A stretch of DNA of 64,000 nt. Origin: an uncultured virus (IMG/VR IMGVR_UViG_3300038489_000010). Taxonomy: Duplodnaviria; Heunggongvirae; Uroviricota; Caudoviricetes. The notes under the pieces were generated by a model that was given only the letters and a program-made list of their open reading frames with translations, was not told the origin of the DNA and ran no database searches. A program made the position numbers and the translations under genes. The stretch is from the IMG/VR virus record IMGVR_UViG_3300038489_000010. One strand, given 5' to 3'. Position 1 is the stretch's first letter. Every line of letters starts with the position of its first letter. Below are positions 38,642 through 48,618 of this stretch, in pieces.

Positions 38642-38978
38642 GTATTATACAAGATCCATCCCAGCAGATGACAGAGCATCTTGCTGGGTAGATAACAAAG
38701 TATCTTAACGGATCTGTATATGTTGTATTTAAGGAATGTTCTTGCTTATTTGAAGTCAGTAATACTTATACTTAAAACGATTTTGTTAATGAATGACATA
38801 GCATCACAAAAACCTACATTACATAGAATGTAGAATATCTATATGTTCTTACCTTGTTCGTGTAACCAAGTACACTTTTGATATTTATACTCTCGTCTTT
38901 AATCAATCTTTTATGTGTATGCTGTACAAAGACATAGCTTCATATAGCTAAGAATTCAAAGAATCCTGTTAGCACAGA

Positions 38979-39530
38979 TTAATCGCGAACAATTGTATAA
39001 CTATCGGGTTTCAGGTTTATTTTGAGCAAAATTCGCCCAAGAGAATCACGAACGGGGATTCCTGCACCCCCTTCGAATTTAAAGTCTATTTGCTTCTGAG
39101 AAGACATTGGAGTGCCTTTAGAAGCCATAGGAGAGGTCTTTAATGCGAATCGAAGAGTATCGAATAGACGATCAACTACCACATTGATGTCTTTAGTTGC
39201 TATTAGAGAAACCAAGATTTCCTGGCTAAGTCCATTAACAACAATCTTCTTTACGTCTTTTGCTTCTGCTCCAGCCATTTGAGCTATTGCAGCGAACACT
39301 CGCATTACAAATGATTCAAATGAGATTTCTTTGTCCAGTCGGAACAAAGTATTAATCCATTTGTAGGATGTTTCACCGAGATAGATGTTTCCGTCATCCT
39401 GGATCTCTGTGCACTTATAGGTTTTACCCTTCTGTACGTCCGCGTAAACAGACTCAGAAATCTGAGGTGTTAACAACATCTCGCGGATATGGAGCTTACT
39501 ATTCGGCGTTAAAGAGCCGAGCTTGCTCAT
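38979..39530 (-). CDS. Hypothetical protein
   Basis: 183-aa ORF. Confidence 0.75.
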   Translation of the reverse strand: MSKLGSLTPNSKLHIREMLLTPQISESVYADVQKGKTYKCTEIQDDGNIYLGETSYKWINTLFRLDKEISFESFVMRVFAAIAQMAGAEAKDVKKIVVNGLSQEILVSLIATKDINVVVDRLFDTLRFALKTSPMASKGTPMSSQKQIDFKFEGGAGIPVRDSLGRILLKINLKPDSYTIVRD

Positions 39531-39532
39531 AA

Positions 39533-40150
39533 TTAAGCCTCCGTCTCAATGTGGCCAGCTACGATAACAGTGTCACTTGCTGGATCCTTAGCCATTTCAT
39601 CCTTGTACTGGCGAGCGCGATCGTTATTATTATTGATCGTCTGAATGAGATTGTTCTTCTCATTCTTCAGCTTCTCTACAAGTGCATCGATACGGGCGAT
39701 CTCGTCTCGATTGAACTGATTAGCGAGGTTAACGATGTCATCAGGATCCTTGAAGATGAGGTTCTTGTTGTCCGGAGATGCGATAGCCTTAGCTATATTC
39801 TCTTCGGTTGACTTCAAGAATACATCACCATTGCTGCTGAGAGCCTCAAGAGTGATGCGAGCCTCGTTATTAGCGCCCTTATTAAGTATGACAACATTAT
39901 TACCAATAGCGTCGCGTACGAACTCTACGCTAAAAATGTCGTTCGGAGTTACCTTAACTCGTGCGATTGGACGAGTTATGTACAACTCCTTGTCACCATC
40001 CTGGTGAATCTTCAAACACTTCTGGACATCGTCAGGATTTCCAGCAAACTTGTTAATACGATAAAACTGGCCGCCAAGACTGCTGCCTGTGCGACGAAGT
40101 GGATTACGATTAGCCTTAAGAGCGGCTGAATCAAACTTAATTTCTTTCAT
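39533..40150 (-). CDS. Hypothetical protein with C-terminal coiled coil
   Basis: 205-aa ORF. Confidence 0.8.
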   Translation of the reverse strand: MKEIKFDSAALKANRNPLRRTGSSLGGQFYRINKFAGNPDDVQKCLKIHQDGDKELYITRPIARVKVTPNDIFSVEFVRDAIGNNVVILNKGANNEARITLEALSSNGDVFLKSTEENIAKAIASPDNKNLIFKDPDDIVNLANQFNRDEIARIDALVEKLKNEKNNLIQTINNNNDRARQYKDEMAKDPASDTVIVAGHIETEA

Positions 40151-40199
40151 AAGATTATCCTTCTTGATTTCGTCAGTGATTGACCAACGATAATCTATT

Positions 40200-42400
40200 A
40201 ATACTATGTACTTTCTATAATGGCATATGTACGTTCTCCAATAAAAATAAAAGTTTTTGTTTGTTTCGAGTGCCTAACTATATCAATTGGCGATGAATCC
40301 AACGCCACGCTTTAATTAACTATACAACAGGCTAAAATTATATTCCTTTATATGAAGCTCAGTTTAGCACATGGGAATCCAACGGTAGGATTAGCTATGC
40401 CCTTAATTTGTATAGCAGTGGACTTACACAAAGCTATGAAATAGAAGATATGCGAATCAACGCAAATGTTAGGTAACTCACGAAGGTACTTACTGATTCA
40501 GGATTCCGAAGTATACTCCGTTTATTACTGTATTTATGATTTTACTACCTTACTGTATCTTTGTAACTGATGTTCATAGGATTTCTCCGTTGGCAAGATT
40601 TTACTCAGATACAATATACCAACAAAAATAAGATTGTGAAAGATGATTTTCTGTGTTTTCTTCCACTGTCGCTGTTGAATATAAGACCTAAAACAGCTGA
40701 AAGGTCGATAGTTTCCTTCGCCCGCTATGCAGTACTGGTACGACATCATACTACATCATTACTCGCATCAGATGTAATTAAATCTTTACAGACTTAACCG
40801 TTTATCATCGTTCTAGCTACTATGCTCTATTTCAGGATAGAGTACGTGAGGATCGCGTTTCTTTATCGGACACCCTATGCGGATCTACGGCTCATATTCT
40901 GTCTACAGGAATGAACATTTCCCACTTTTCTTTATAGTGATCATTTACAACGCTGGAATTTAACCAAGTCTATAGTTACTTGTCACCCACATTATCTTGC
41001 TTTTCACACATTCCGAGACAGGGAATAGTGAACGTAGGATTCAATACCTACACCTGCATACGATTACCACTGCGTCTAATGGCTACGATAATGCTGCCCA
41101 TCATAACATTTCTTTACTTTTGCTCTATATGTCTTTATACCATCTAAGATTGCGTTCTTAGATTTCTATAAATCATATTCTGCTTTACGTTTGTTCCACT
41201 CGCAACTTTCCGGGAGAGATCAGGTCAGTGTCTACTTTACAACAGTAGCTTGTACCATTCCGACAGCTTCATATATACAACATACAATTCGTCGGCATCT
41301 AACTTCGCATCCGGAGGACATGCAATTTTTGTTAAACAATGTTAATAATTCTCTAATGTTCTATGAATTTTTACTCGTTCGATATAGATATGCTAAAGCA
41401 CAATTAATGTATCATTCAATCTATGACCGTGGTCCTCTACGCCGCTGTATTACTCCTTGCACAGGATTCATAGATGTATAGTGTTTACAAGACTGCACCA
41501 TACTAATCTCTACTTGATTATTTTATTCACTTCGAACTACTACGTGGAGGTCTGCGCAGCTGGGTTGCTGTGTTCGAATCAACGTAATATTGACAATTTG
41601 TTTTGGAGGTTGTCCTACTCCTGTGGTTGACTGTCAAGTTGTCACCTTAAGGGCTTTCGCCGTCGCAGAATTTCAACTTGCTAAAGGTTTAGTTCTGTGC
41701 TACCATCAGACTTATGTACGCGGTCTCGTGGCGCGTGGGACTTATACTTCCCTACATCTTGCATCGATGTCTGTATCATTCAACTTTTATATACCGCATG
41801 AACGATCAAGGCCTGGCGGTCTGCTTCAACCCCAAGGGTAACCTCATCCCTGGATCCCATTCAACTGAGAATGACTGAATCGAACAGTCAGGATTCCATA
41901 TAAGGTCGCTTCCTAATGGTTACGCACGTGAGTATTTCCTCACGGTCTTTGCATATTTTCACCCCTCAATGCAGGCTTTGGAAACCTGTGACACTAGGCT
42001 AAGCTAACAATAAATACATATATGTAAGCTGGATCATACATATATTTTCAACTCGTGTAACGTTAGTGTATATAGATGTATTAGTCTATATACTTATCGA
42101 TACGGTTCGTTTTGCTCTTCTTGAGACTTACGCGTCTTCTCTGTAATCGTCGCCAGACGGTTCTCAGTCATACAGAATAGGGTTGAATACAACGCTCTCC
42201 CTACTTACAACAAGTTTTTCACGCTTATTGCATTTCGCTTTATCTTTTGCAAGCTCTAATTTTCAAGCTGTTCATCCTTTGGGGACTAGCATATTTTCAA
42301 GCCAAGTAAAATTTGGTTGTTACTTTACCACAGATTATCCTCTGATGTTGAGTAGTGCCACGGCTAATGAGACCGTATGTTTTTACTCTAAGACTTCGTG
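40200..42400. ncRNA. Long non-coding, hairpin-rich region (candidate large ncRNA or ncRNA cluster)
   Basis: No credible ORF over ~2.2 kb; looks less AT-rich than the late genes; many hairpins; recurrent GGATTC/GAATCC. Confidence 0.5.
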
Positions 42401-42408
42401 ATCGACGC

Positions 42409-42933
42409 TCAATCACGAACGAAGTGTCTAAGGTTTTTAGGCGTACTAAGACAAGTTGCTGAGTGAACTTGCCAATTAGCTGTATCGTTAAGGATACTGT
42501 CAAGGGTGACCTTCTTACCATCCCTAGGAATTGCTACATATACACAAGACTTAGTACGTGTCTTTGTCTTATATATTACCCGTACAGGATGCTTCTTTGA
42601 AGCGTTCCTAACCTTCGGGGTTTGTTGGTTAATTACTTGTTTCTTAACACTGCTACTATCAACATAAATAGTATCACGTACAGTTGTTGTAGAAACGTTA
42701 CTATTTTGTACTGGCTGTCCCATATACTGTAGGACAGGGAGTTTGTTCACAGGTTCTGCTGCTACCTGTTGGGTAGGCAAAACGTCTGGAAAACTACTCT
42801 TCATTCCCATTATTCCTGCAAAGAGGAATAGAGAACAACAGAATAATTTGAAGAATGTTTTCATAACTTTGATAGTTTTATTCGGGCCAGAAGAACCTGT
42901 CTGTTTTACGAATAATACGCGTGAAAAAGCCAT
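42409..42933 (-). CDS. Hypothetical membrane/secreted protein (likely start MKTFF)
   Basis: Hydrophobic N-terminal segment. Confidence 0.65.
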   Translation of the reverse strand: MAFSRVLFVKQTGSSGPNKTIKVMKTFFKLFCCSLFLFAGIMGMKSSFPDVLPTQQVAAEPVNKLPVLQYMGQPVQNSNVSTTTVRDTIYVDSSSVKKQVINQQTPKVRNASKKHPVRVIYKTKTRTKSCVYVAIPRDGKKVTLDSILNDTANWQVHSATCLSTPKNLRHFVRD

Positions 42934-42966
42934 GAACTTTTTGGAATACGGTACTAATGGCCCTTA

Positions 42967-44394
42967 TTATTTTTTTGGGCTATCCTCCTTCTTCTCTTCA
43001 GGCTTCTTTTCCTCTGCGCTGTCATCAACCTCTATAAGGTCGGTCAGGTTGCCAACATTATAGTTACCAAGTGGCACGGTTGGATCACGGAACAGATTAG
43101 CGATGATACCTGCGCGCTGCTGTACATTCTCGTCAATGTTAGTGTACTTCTTTCCATTGCCGCGATCAGTTTCAGGATAATAAGCGCGACGAATGTTAGT
43201 ATAAGCACGACGAGCTGATGCAGACACAGTCTTGTCATCACTCTTGCGATTCGTTAACAGATTATCAGCAAAGTCTGCTGTTGGCTCTGTTAGGAGCGTA
43301 CGATAATTCTCAAGATCGGCAATCTCTTGTGTCTTTTGAACAATCGCATCCTTGTTGGCCTTCTTGTCTTTGTTGAGAGCTGCAAGAGACTTGTTCTTTG
43401 TTGCAATCTCTTTATCAATCTTCCAGTTGATAAGAGCGCGGCAAATGCCAGCTACTTCCTCTTCTGTCATAGTAGAATCACCTATTGTAGGACTCTTAGA
43501 GTTTAGATACAGAGATGAGAACGGAAGGATTACACTGCCGCTCTTCTTAAGCTCTTCAAAGAGATGGTTTCCATAACCACCAACAATGAACGGACAATCA
43601 AGGATAAGATCCTCAATTTCCTTAATAAGCTTATCGAACGGCATGTTCTTATACGCTTCTGCCTTTACCTTATCGTCTTTGTTCTGAATCTGACGAACAG
43701 AGCGATAGAAGTTCAGAGTCTTCTTGAAGTCCTTAGAGAAGGTGTTAGCGGCGAGCATATGCTGAAGGGATTCCTTTAGCTGGTCATCGTTCTCGATCTT
43801 TGTAGGATCGGTTATAACCTTCTTGTTACGAGCTTCCACAGTCTTCTTGACTGCTTCCTTAGCTTCCTTGGACGCCTTTACGTCTTCAGAATGAACAACT
43901 ACATTGCCATCCTTGTCTGCTGGTAACTCAAGAACTTTACCACTCATAGTGAAGCCAAGCTCTTTAAAAGCATCGGCCATATCGCCAAGAACTGCTTTCT
44001 TAACAGTAAGAGCAAATGGAGTCTTACTATACTGCATCTCAATAGCCATCTCTGCGGTGGCTGAGATCATAGTTACGCGGTCCATCTTTTCGATGACTTC
44101 GTCGCTAATTCCCATCTTTCTTGCTGCAGATCCATTGTCGACATGGTAATAGTCGAACAACATCTTAGTGACGTCTGCTCGACGATTAGGGTCCATGCCT
44201 CCATACTCTGCTTGAAGGATGTTCTTAGCTACTTCCTGCTCTGAAGGTACAGCGGTTGTTGCTGGAACCTTTGACTCAGGCTTTTTCTGCTCCTCTTTCT
44301 TAGGAGTTGGCTTTTTCTCTGCCGGCTTCTCTACAGCGGGTGCAGCTGGTACTGGTTTCTGTGCTGCCTTCGCAGCATTCTTTTTCTTAGACAT
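42967..44394 (-). CDS. Hypothetical protein with low-complexity termini
   Basis: 475-aa ORF. Confidence 0.85.
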   Translation of the reverse strand: MSKKKNAAKAAQKPVPAAPAVEKPAEKKPTPKKEEQKKPESKVPATTAVPSEQEVAKNILQAEYGGMDPNRRADVTKMLFDYYHVDNGSAARKMGISDEVIEKMDRVTMISATAEMAIEMQYSKTPFALTVKKAVLGDMADAFKELGFTMSGKVLELPADKDGNVVVHSEDVKASKEAKEAVKKTVEARNKKVITDPTKIENDDQLKESLQHMLAANTFSKDFKKTLNFYRSVRQIQNKDDKVKAEAYKNMPFDKLIKEIEDLILDCPFIVGGYGNHLFEELKKSGSVILPFSSLYLNSKSPTIGDSTMTEEEVAGICRALINWKIDKEIATKNKSLAALNKDKKANKDAIVQKTQEIADLENYRTLLTEPTADFADNLLTNRKSDDKTVSASARRAYTNIRRAYYPETDRGNGKKYTNIDENVQQRAGIIANLFRDPTVPLGNYNVGNLTDLIEVDDSAEEKKPEEKKEDSPKK

Positions 44395-44465
44395 TTTGAT
44401 AATGTTTTAAATTAAACAATGTTAACTAATAATGGAACTGAACATGATTGTCATAACTTATGCCG

Positions 44466-44867
44466 TCATGAAGTATCATATGTTCCCATTGCTACCCAAG
44501 GTTGTCCTCGTATTCCCCCAGGTCCACTTGCAGCAACGAGGTTGTCACAAGACATGTTGTTGTCACGAACAGTATCCCGACTCACCTGAGCTGCTATAAA
44601 AGTAGCTGTAGGTGCATTCAACGCGTTCAGTTCAGTCATTTCTGACATGAAAGGAATTGTTGCTGGTACACCTGTCTCAGGTGTAAGGACTGTTACAACA
44701 TTAGTCTTCTCCTCGTCAGAAGTTGTACACTTCTGTACGATTGCTGCGCCAATTGCTCCAATACCGAAAGCAATAAGAAGCTGCCAAAACAACGTAATGC
44801 TCCGGTTTGCGCGACCCAATACAAATGCAGTAAGGGTTGCAATTAAACAATAAGCGAATAGACTCAT
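44466..44867 (-). CDS. Hypothetical membrane protein (possible anti-sigma)
   Basis: Two N-terminal hydrophobic segments; 4-nt overlap with the sigma gene. Confidence 0.7.
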   Translation of the reverse strand: MSLFAYCLIATLTAFVLGRANRSITLFWQLLIAFGIGAIGAAIVQKCTTSDEEKTNVVTVLTPETGVPATIPFMSEMTELNALNAPTATFIAAQVSRDTVRDNNMSCDNLVAASGPGGIRGQPWVAMGTYDTS

Positions 44868-45421
44868 TTTTTAAATTGTTGTTTTAATTTGTTACGTGTC
44901 CTAAATAGGACTGATTTTACAGTTCCTACTGGAACATGCAATATTTCACTAATTTGAACTACCGTTAAATTATTTACATAGAAGAGTTCATTAATCTTCC
45001 TTTTCTGTTCAGGTAACTTCTTAATCTCACTCATAATCTTTTCATAAGTCATATGATTGATCAGGTCATTTTCGTTATTTCCAGATTCTTCGTGAATATT
45101 AAGATGTGAATCTTGATCTTCTAAGGTTAATTTATGAAGTGCTCTAGAACGTAGATAATCTATTGCGGTTCTATTAGTGATGATTCTCAGCCATCCGCCA
45201 AAAGACGAATAATCTGTGAATGTCGAGAGTTTGTCATAAGCTTTTAAAAATACTATATTAGCAATATCTTTAGATTCGTCATCATCATGAATATAACTAA
45301 ATAATATCTTTTCAACAAATGTTTTGTACTTATTGAATAGCTTATTAAAAGCAGACATATCGCCTGCTTGGGCCTTTTTGATAATGCCTATCTCCTCTTG
45401 GGTAATTTTAGGTATTTTCAT
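44864..45421 (-). CDS. ECF-type RNA polymerase sigma factor
   Basis: GDMSAFNKLF, DIANIVFLKAY, FGGWLRIITNRTAIDYLR (region 2); ISEILHVPVGTVKSVLFR (region 4). Confidence 0.92.
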   Translation of the reverse strand: MKIPKITQEEIGIIKKAQAGDMSAFNKLFNKYKTFVEKILFSYIHDDDESKDIANIVFLKAYDKLSTFTDYSSFGGWLRIITNRTAIDYLRSRALHKLTLEDQDSHLNIHEESGNNENDLINHMTYEKIMSEIKKLPEQKRKINELFYVNNLTVVQISEILHVPVGTVKSVLFRTRNKLKQQFKK

Positions 45422-45508
45422 ATCAAAACATAATTAAATAACCGCCTCTGTCTGAGTACGGGAATTTTGTAATCGGAGAGGTCTTAATAAAGCCTCCTCC
45501 TCTCCGAC

Positions 45509-45880
45509 TTAGAATGGTAGTGTTTCCATAATAATGTTGTCAAGTTCTTTGTGAATGTTGCGTGTCATATTATCGTGCATTATTAACTTTACGTTATTAG
45601 GCAGATCAAGTTTATTTAACATCCCTGTTGCTATACGCAATAGAACGTTATAAGTTTTACTTGATTCATACTCATGTCGTCCTAATTTAAGAACAATTTT
45701 GAGATTAACCCAATGTACGAACTTACGAACGTCTTTTGACATACATCTGAGTTCTACTCCAAAAACAGATGTATCGTCGAGCATAAATTGATCTTGCGAA
45801 TAAACACGTAAAAGCCAATTATACTGCTCGGCGATAGACATCCCTTCGGCATACTGTAGCAATGGACTATGTATTAGCAT
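45509..45880 (-). CDS. Hypothetical protein
   Basis: ORF 45509..45949; likely start MLIHSPLL at 45880. Confidence 0.6.
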   Translation of the reverse strand: MLIHSPLLQYAEGMSIAEQYNWLLRVYSQDQFMLDDTSVFGVELRCMSKDVRKFVHWVNLKIVLKLGRHEYESSKTYNVLLRIATGMLNKLDLPNNVKLIMHDNMTRNIHKELDNIIMETLPF

Positions 45881-46322
45881 ATTTGTCAAAATCATTAACA
45901 ACGTCAATAATAGTATCCATCGATACTTTAAACTCTTGTACCATAGCACGTAAAACTTTTGTTACTGGTATACCTTGCTGACACAAGTAAAAATACTTGT
46001 TTCTAATATCAGATTCTTGGTCTGGTGCCAGTTCAAGCTTTCCCGTAGAATGGTACTCGTTTTTTGAAAACACAGAATAGTCGATGAAATCCATAGACGT
46101 GAATTTCCACATTTCTGGAAATATCTCGATATTATCAAGAACTTCCTTAGATGCTTTTTCTAACTTTCGAGTCTTTAAGAAAAGACCTAAGTTAAATCCA
46201 CTATCTAACTTCAACGTAGGAAACAGCCCTTTTATCGTTATGATAAATAGGTCGTTATCCCTCTGCACAAAATACATTCCTGCACTTTGCGGAAACAGAT
46301 GATTAGTAACTGGTTGTTTCAT
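45867..46322 (-). CDS. Hypothetical protein (TAG stop)
   Basis: 151-aa ORF. Confidence 0.7.
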   Translation of the reverse strand: MKQPVTNHLFPQSAGMYFVQRDNDLFIITIKGLFPTLKLDSGFNLGLFLKTRKLEKASKEVLDNIEIFPEMWKFTSMDFIDYSVFSKNEYHSTGKLELAPDQESDIRNKYFYLCQQGIPVTKVLRAMVQEFKVSMDTIIDVVNDFDKYANT

Positions 46323-46851
46323 GTAAATATTTTATTATGAATTTAATAGTTCCATCATCTAATTTATACAGTTTTTTAAACTCAGCCTGTACCTGAGCAT
46401 CAGTGTAATGGTCAATCCTTTTGAGATTTTTCCATGAGTTCGTAACATATGGTAGATATATTTTAAACCATTTAATCCAACCATTAGCTAACTTGAATCG
46501 ATTATAAGTCTCGTAATCGTTGTTTCTTAAATATGTCCAGTCGATTGTGTCTTCAAAATTAAAGAACCGCAGTTCGTTAGGCACAGATTGAATTTGTTTT
46601 CGGGTTATCTGTTTACCATGCCTCCATGCCCATAGTTGAATCTCATCAAACGAAACTGCGGCCTTTAATCCTAAGACTTGTTTAACTGCTAAACTTCTGT
46701 ATTCAACAGGTTTGCAGACAACATATCGTCTATAGACATAATCAATATAACGATCTTTACACTTACATCTTTTCAAAGCTAAGTTCATATATGGTTGCAT
46801 ACGGTCTCTTAACATACCTTTAAAACCAGAATATTTACTATACTTATACAT
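46303..46851 (-). CDS. Hypothetical protein
   Basis: 182-aa ORF. Confidence 0.7.
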   Translation of the reverse strand: MYKYSKYSGFKGMLRDRMQPYMNLALKRCKCKDRYIDYVYRRYVVCKPVEYRSLAVKQVLGLKAAVSFDEIQLWAWRHGKQITRKQIQSVPNELRFFNFEDTIDWTYLRNNDYETYNRFKLANGWIKWFKIYLPYVTNSWKNLKRIDHYTDAQVQAEFKKLYKLDDGTIKFIIKYLHETTSY

Positions 46852-46869
46852 ACTTTGAAAGTTTTGTTG

Positions 46870-46941
46870 TAGTCGATAGCGGAATCGAACCGCTCTTTAG
46901 AGAATGAAAATCTCTTGTCCTAACCGATAGACGAATCGACC
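46870..46941 (-). tRNA. tRNA-Glu(UUC)
   Basis: Canonical cloverleaf GGTCGAT..AGAGA-TTTTCAT-TCTCT..TTCGATT..ATCGACT-A. Confidence 0.92.
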
Positions 46942-46945
46942 ATAG

Positions 46946-47013
46946 TAGAGAGTGCAGGAGTCGAACCTGCTACGAAGATTTCTCAACGATGAATCCGCGT
47001 TCTTATACTCTCA
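46946..47013 (-). ncRNA. D-armless tRNA-like element
   Basis: GAGAGT/ACTCTC acceptor and GCAGG-TTCGACT-CCTGC T arm; no D stem; irregular anticodon arm. Confidence 0.55.
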
Positions 47014-47019
47014 ACCAGC

Positions 47020-47154
47020 ACTTTGGTAGCTTACACCTGAACTTCACTTACGCTACGTGAGTGTAGTCCACGATATTATTAGTATCGCCGTTTAATTTAT
47101 GTTAAAGCGTTGTGTGTATTTATATCCTTCAATGGTCAAAACCGGTAATCGCCC
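47020..47154 (-). ncRNA. ssrA: Permuted (two-piece) tmRNA, coding piece; tag GDTNNIVDYTHVA* at 47048-47089
   Basis: 5' GGGCGATTACCGGTTTTGAC; resume context TTAAAC-GGC; tag start resembles Bacteroidota G(E/D)xN tags; 3' end approximate. Confidence 0.85.
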
Positions 47155-47295
47155 ATATTAAAAAGAGCAGCTACTTTCACAAGCAACTACTCTAAAACTC
47201 AATAGGTCAGTTTTCGTGAACAAACTATTGATAAAATTGATTATAAACAAAATAATAATCTAATTAAAACTATAAACTACAATACCATTAGCTAG

Positions 47296-47347
47296 TGGAC
47301 GATATGGGAGTCGAACCCATGTCCCACTGAATTATTTCATACGCGCT
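47296..47347 (-). ncRNA. ssrA: Permuted (two-piece) tmRNA, acceptor piece
   Basis: TTCAGTG-GGAC-ATGGG-TTCGACT-CCCAT-ATCGTCC-A; pairs with GGGCGAT giving G3.U70, and with CATTGAA (P2); 5' end approximate. Confidence 0.85.
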
Positions 47348-47829
47348 AAAACTCGTGAGTATTTCCACAGGCCACGTGGAAACATTCGATTTAAGACCAT
47401 TTTCTTGCTTTCTAAGACACTTTCTCGTCTCTTGTGGGTAGCTAATCCACTTAAGATTTAAAAGCGCTTAGAAAACAATTCTATGATTACTTAAATTTAG
47501 ATTGATTAGAGGCTTCAACACTGGCTCAAGGCTCTCGTTTAAGTATAATCTCGTTTTTTGATAAGTTGTCGGATATATTTTTTCCCGCTCTGGGAACATA
47601 TTTCACCGGCTTATAGCTCTTAACAACTAATTGGCTTTGAAACGAACGGATATTAGAACCCTCCGTACGGGTTTTTACTACCACTCACTGCCTCAAGGGT
47701 CTTGGAGTCCTGTTAATTCAGGATTTATTCGATCAGCCAAGCTTTGCCACCCTATAGGTACCTGGTACCGTGATCTACTTAATTCGCTATACTGCTTCTA
47801 GAGTCTGATAGCTAGGTAATTAGTTCGCA

Positions 47830-48453
47830 TTACGCACTCAGGTTGTGGTTGCGATAGCGCCAATCAGAATGCCAGTTGTCTCCGAAGAATGCATCAAGTG
47901 CTTTCTTCTCATTAGCATACTGCTCGTCGCTTTCAGTCTGCTTCTTACGCAGACGGGCAGAGATGTCGTCATAGGCCTCATCGTAGGTCATGTAATCAAT
48001 AGAAGGAACCTTATCGCCAGCCTTGACGTGGACCTTAGCAAAAGTGAGCTTCTGCTTCTTGTCCTTGCCGTAGAACTCGACATCGAATTCCTTCTTGGCT
48101 GAATCGAGCTTGTTATGCGCGATAAACGTCTCGTCAACTACTGCTCCGCAGAGCTGGCGGCGAAGGTTGCCACGTTCTGTAAGCTCTTCGAGTTTGATCT
48201 CCTCGTCACGGCGTGACTTACGCATCTTAAGTAACGACAGGGCCTCGTTGTACTTGGAGTCAATCATTCTAACACGAATGTGCTCCTTGAGGTTGTTGTC
48301 CTGCTGCTCCTTGAGCTTAGCGTCGATCTCATCCATCATTCCGTCCTGGACAATATTGCCTTTGGTGATGATGTCCATGATGTTTTCTGCAGTTGCAGAT
48401 TCCAACTTAGCTACCTGACTTGTAGCTTTCTTCTCTTCTTCTTTCTTTGCCAT
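47830..48453 (-). CDS. Hypothetical protein
   Basis: 207-aa ORF. Confidence 0.8.
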   Translation of the reverse strand: MAKKEEEKKATSQVAKLESATAENIMDIITKGNIVQDGMMDEIDAKLKEQQDNNLKEHIRVRMIDSKYNEALSLLKMRKSRRDEEIKLEELTERGNLRRQLCGAVVDETFIAHNKLDSAKKEFDVEFYGKDKKQKLTFAKVHVKAGDKVPSIDYMTYDEAYDDISARLRKKQTESDEQYANEKKALDAFFGDNWHSDWRYRNHNLSA

Positions 48454-48480
48454 TGTGATAATGTTTTAATAAGTTAAACT

Positions 48481-48618
48481 TTAGTTATAATAGTCATTTA
48501 AGTATGACTTCTGTTTAGAACGTTTATAGGGGTCCATATGTTTATGGTTGCCCCTTTTAACGCTTTCTTCCCAAGCCTTACGTCGTGCTTCAGGCTTATC
48601 GCGCCAACTTTTACTCAT
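48481..48618 (-). CDS. Small basic protein (45 aa)
   Basis: MSKSWRDKPEARRKAW...MDPYKRSK; fills the gap between genes. Confidence 0.55.
   Translation of the reverse strand: MSKSWRDKPEARRKAWEESVKRGNHKHMDPYKRSKQKSYLNDYYN

Noticed and set aside
40860..42180. Group II intron suggested by GAGCCGTA/GAACCGT fragments
   Set aside because: No complete domain V hairpin, no RT ORF and no split host gene
47585..47615. RNase P RNA (CGGCTTA-like 3' motif)
   Set aside because: No GAGGAAAGTCC partner was found
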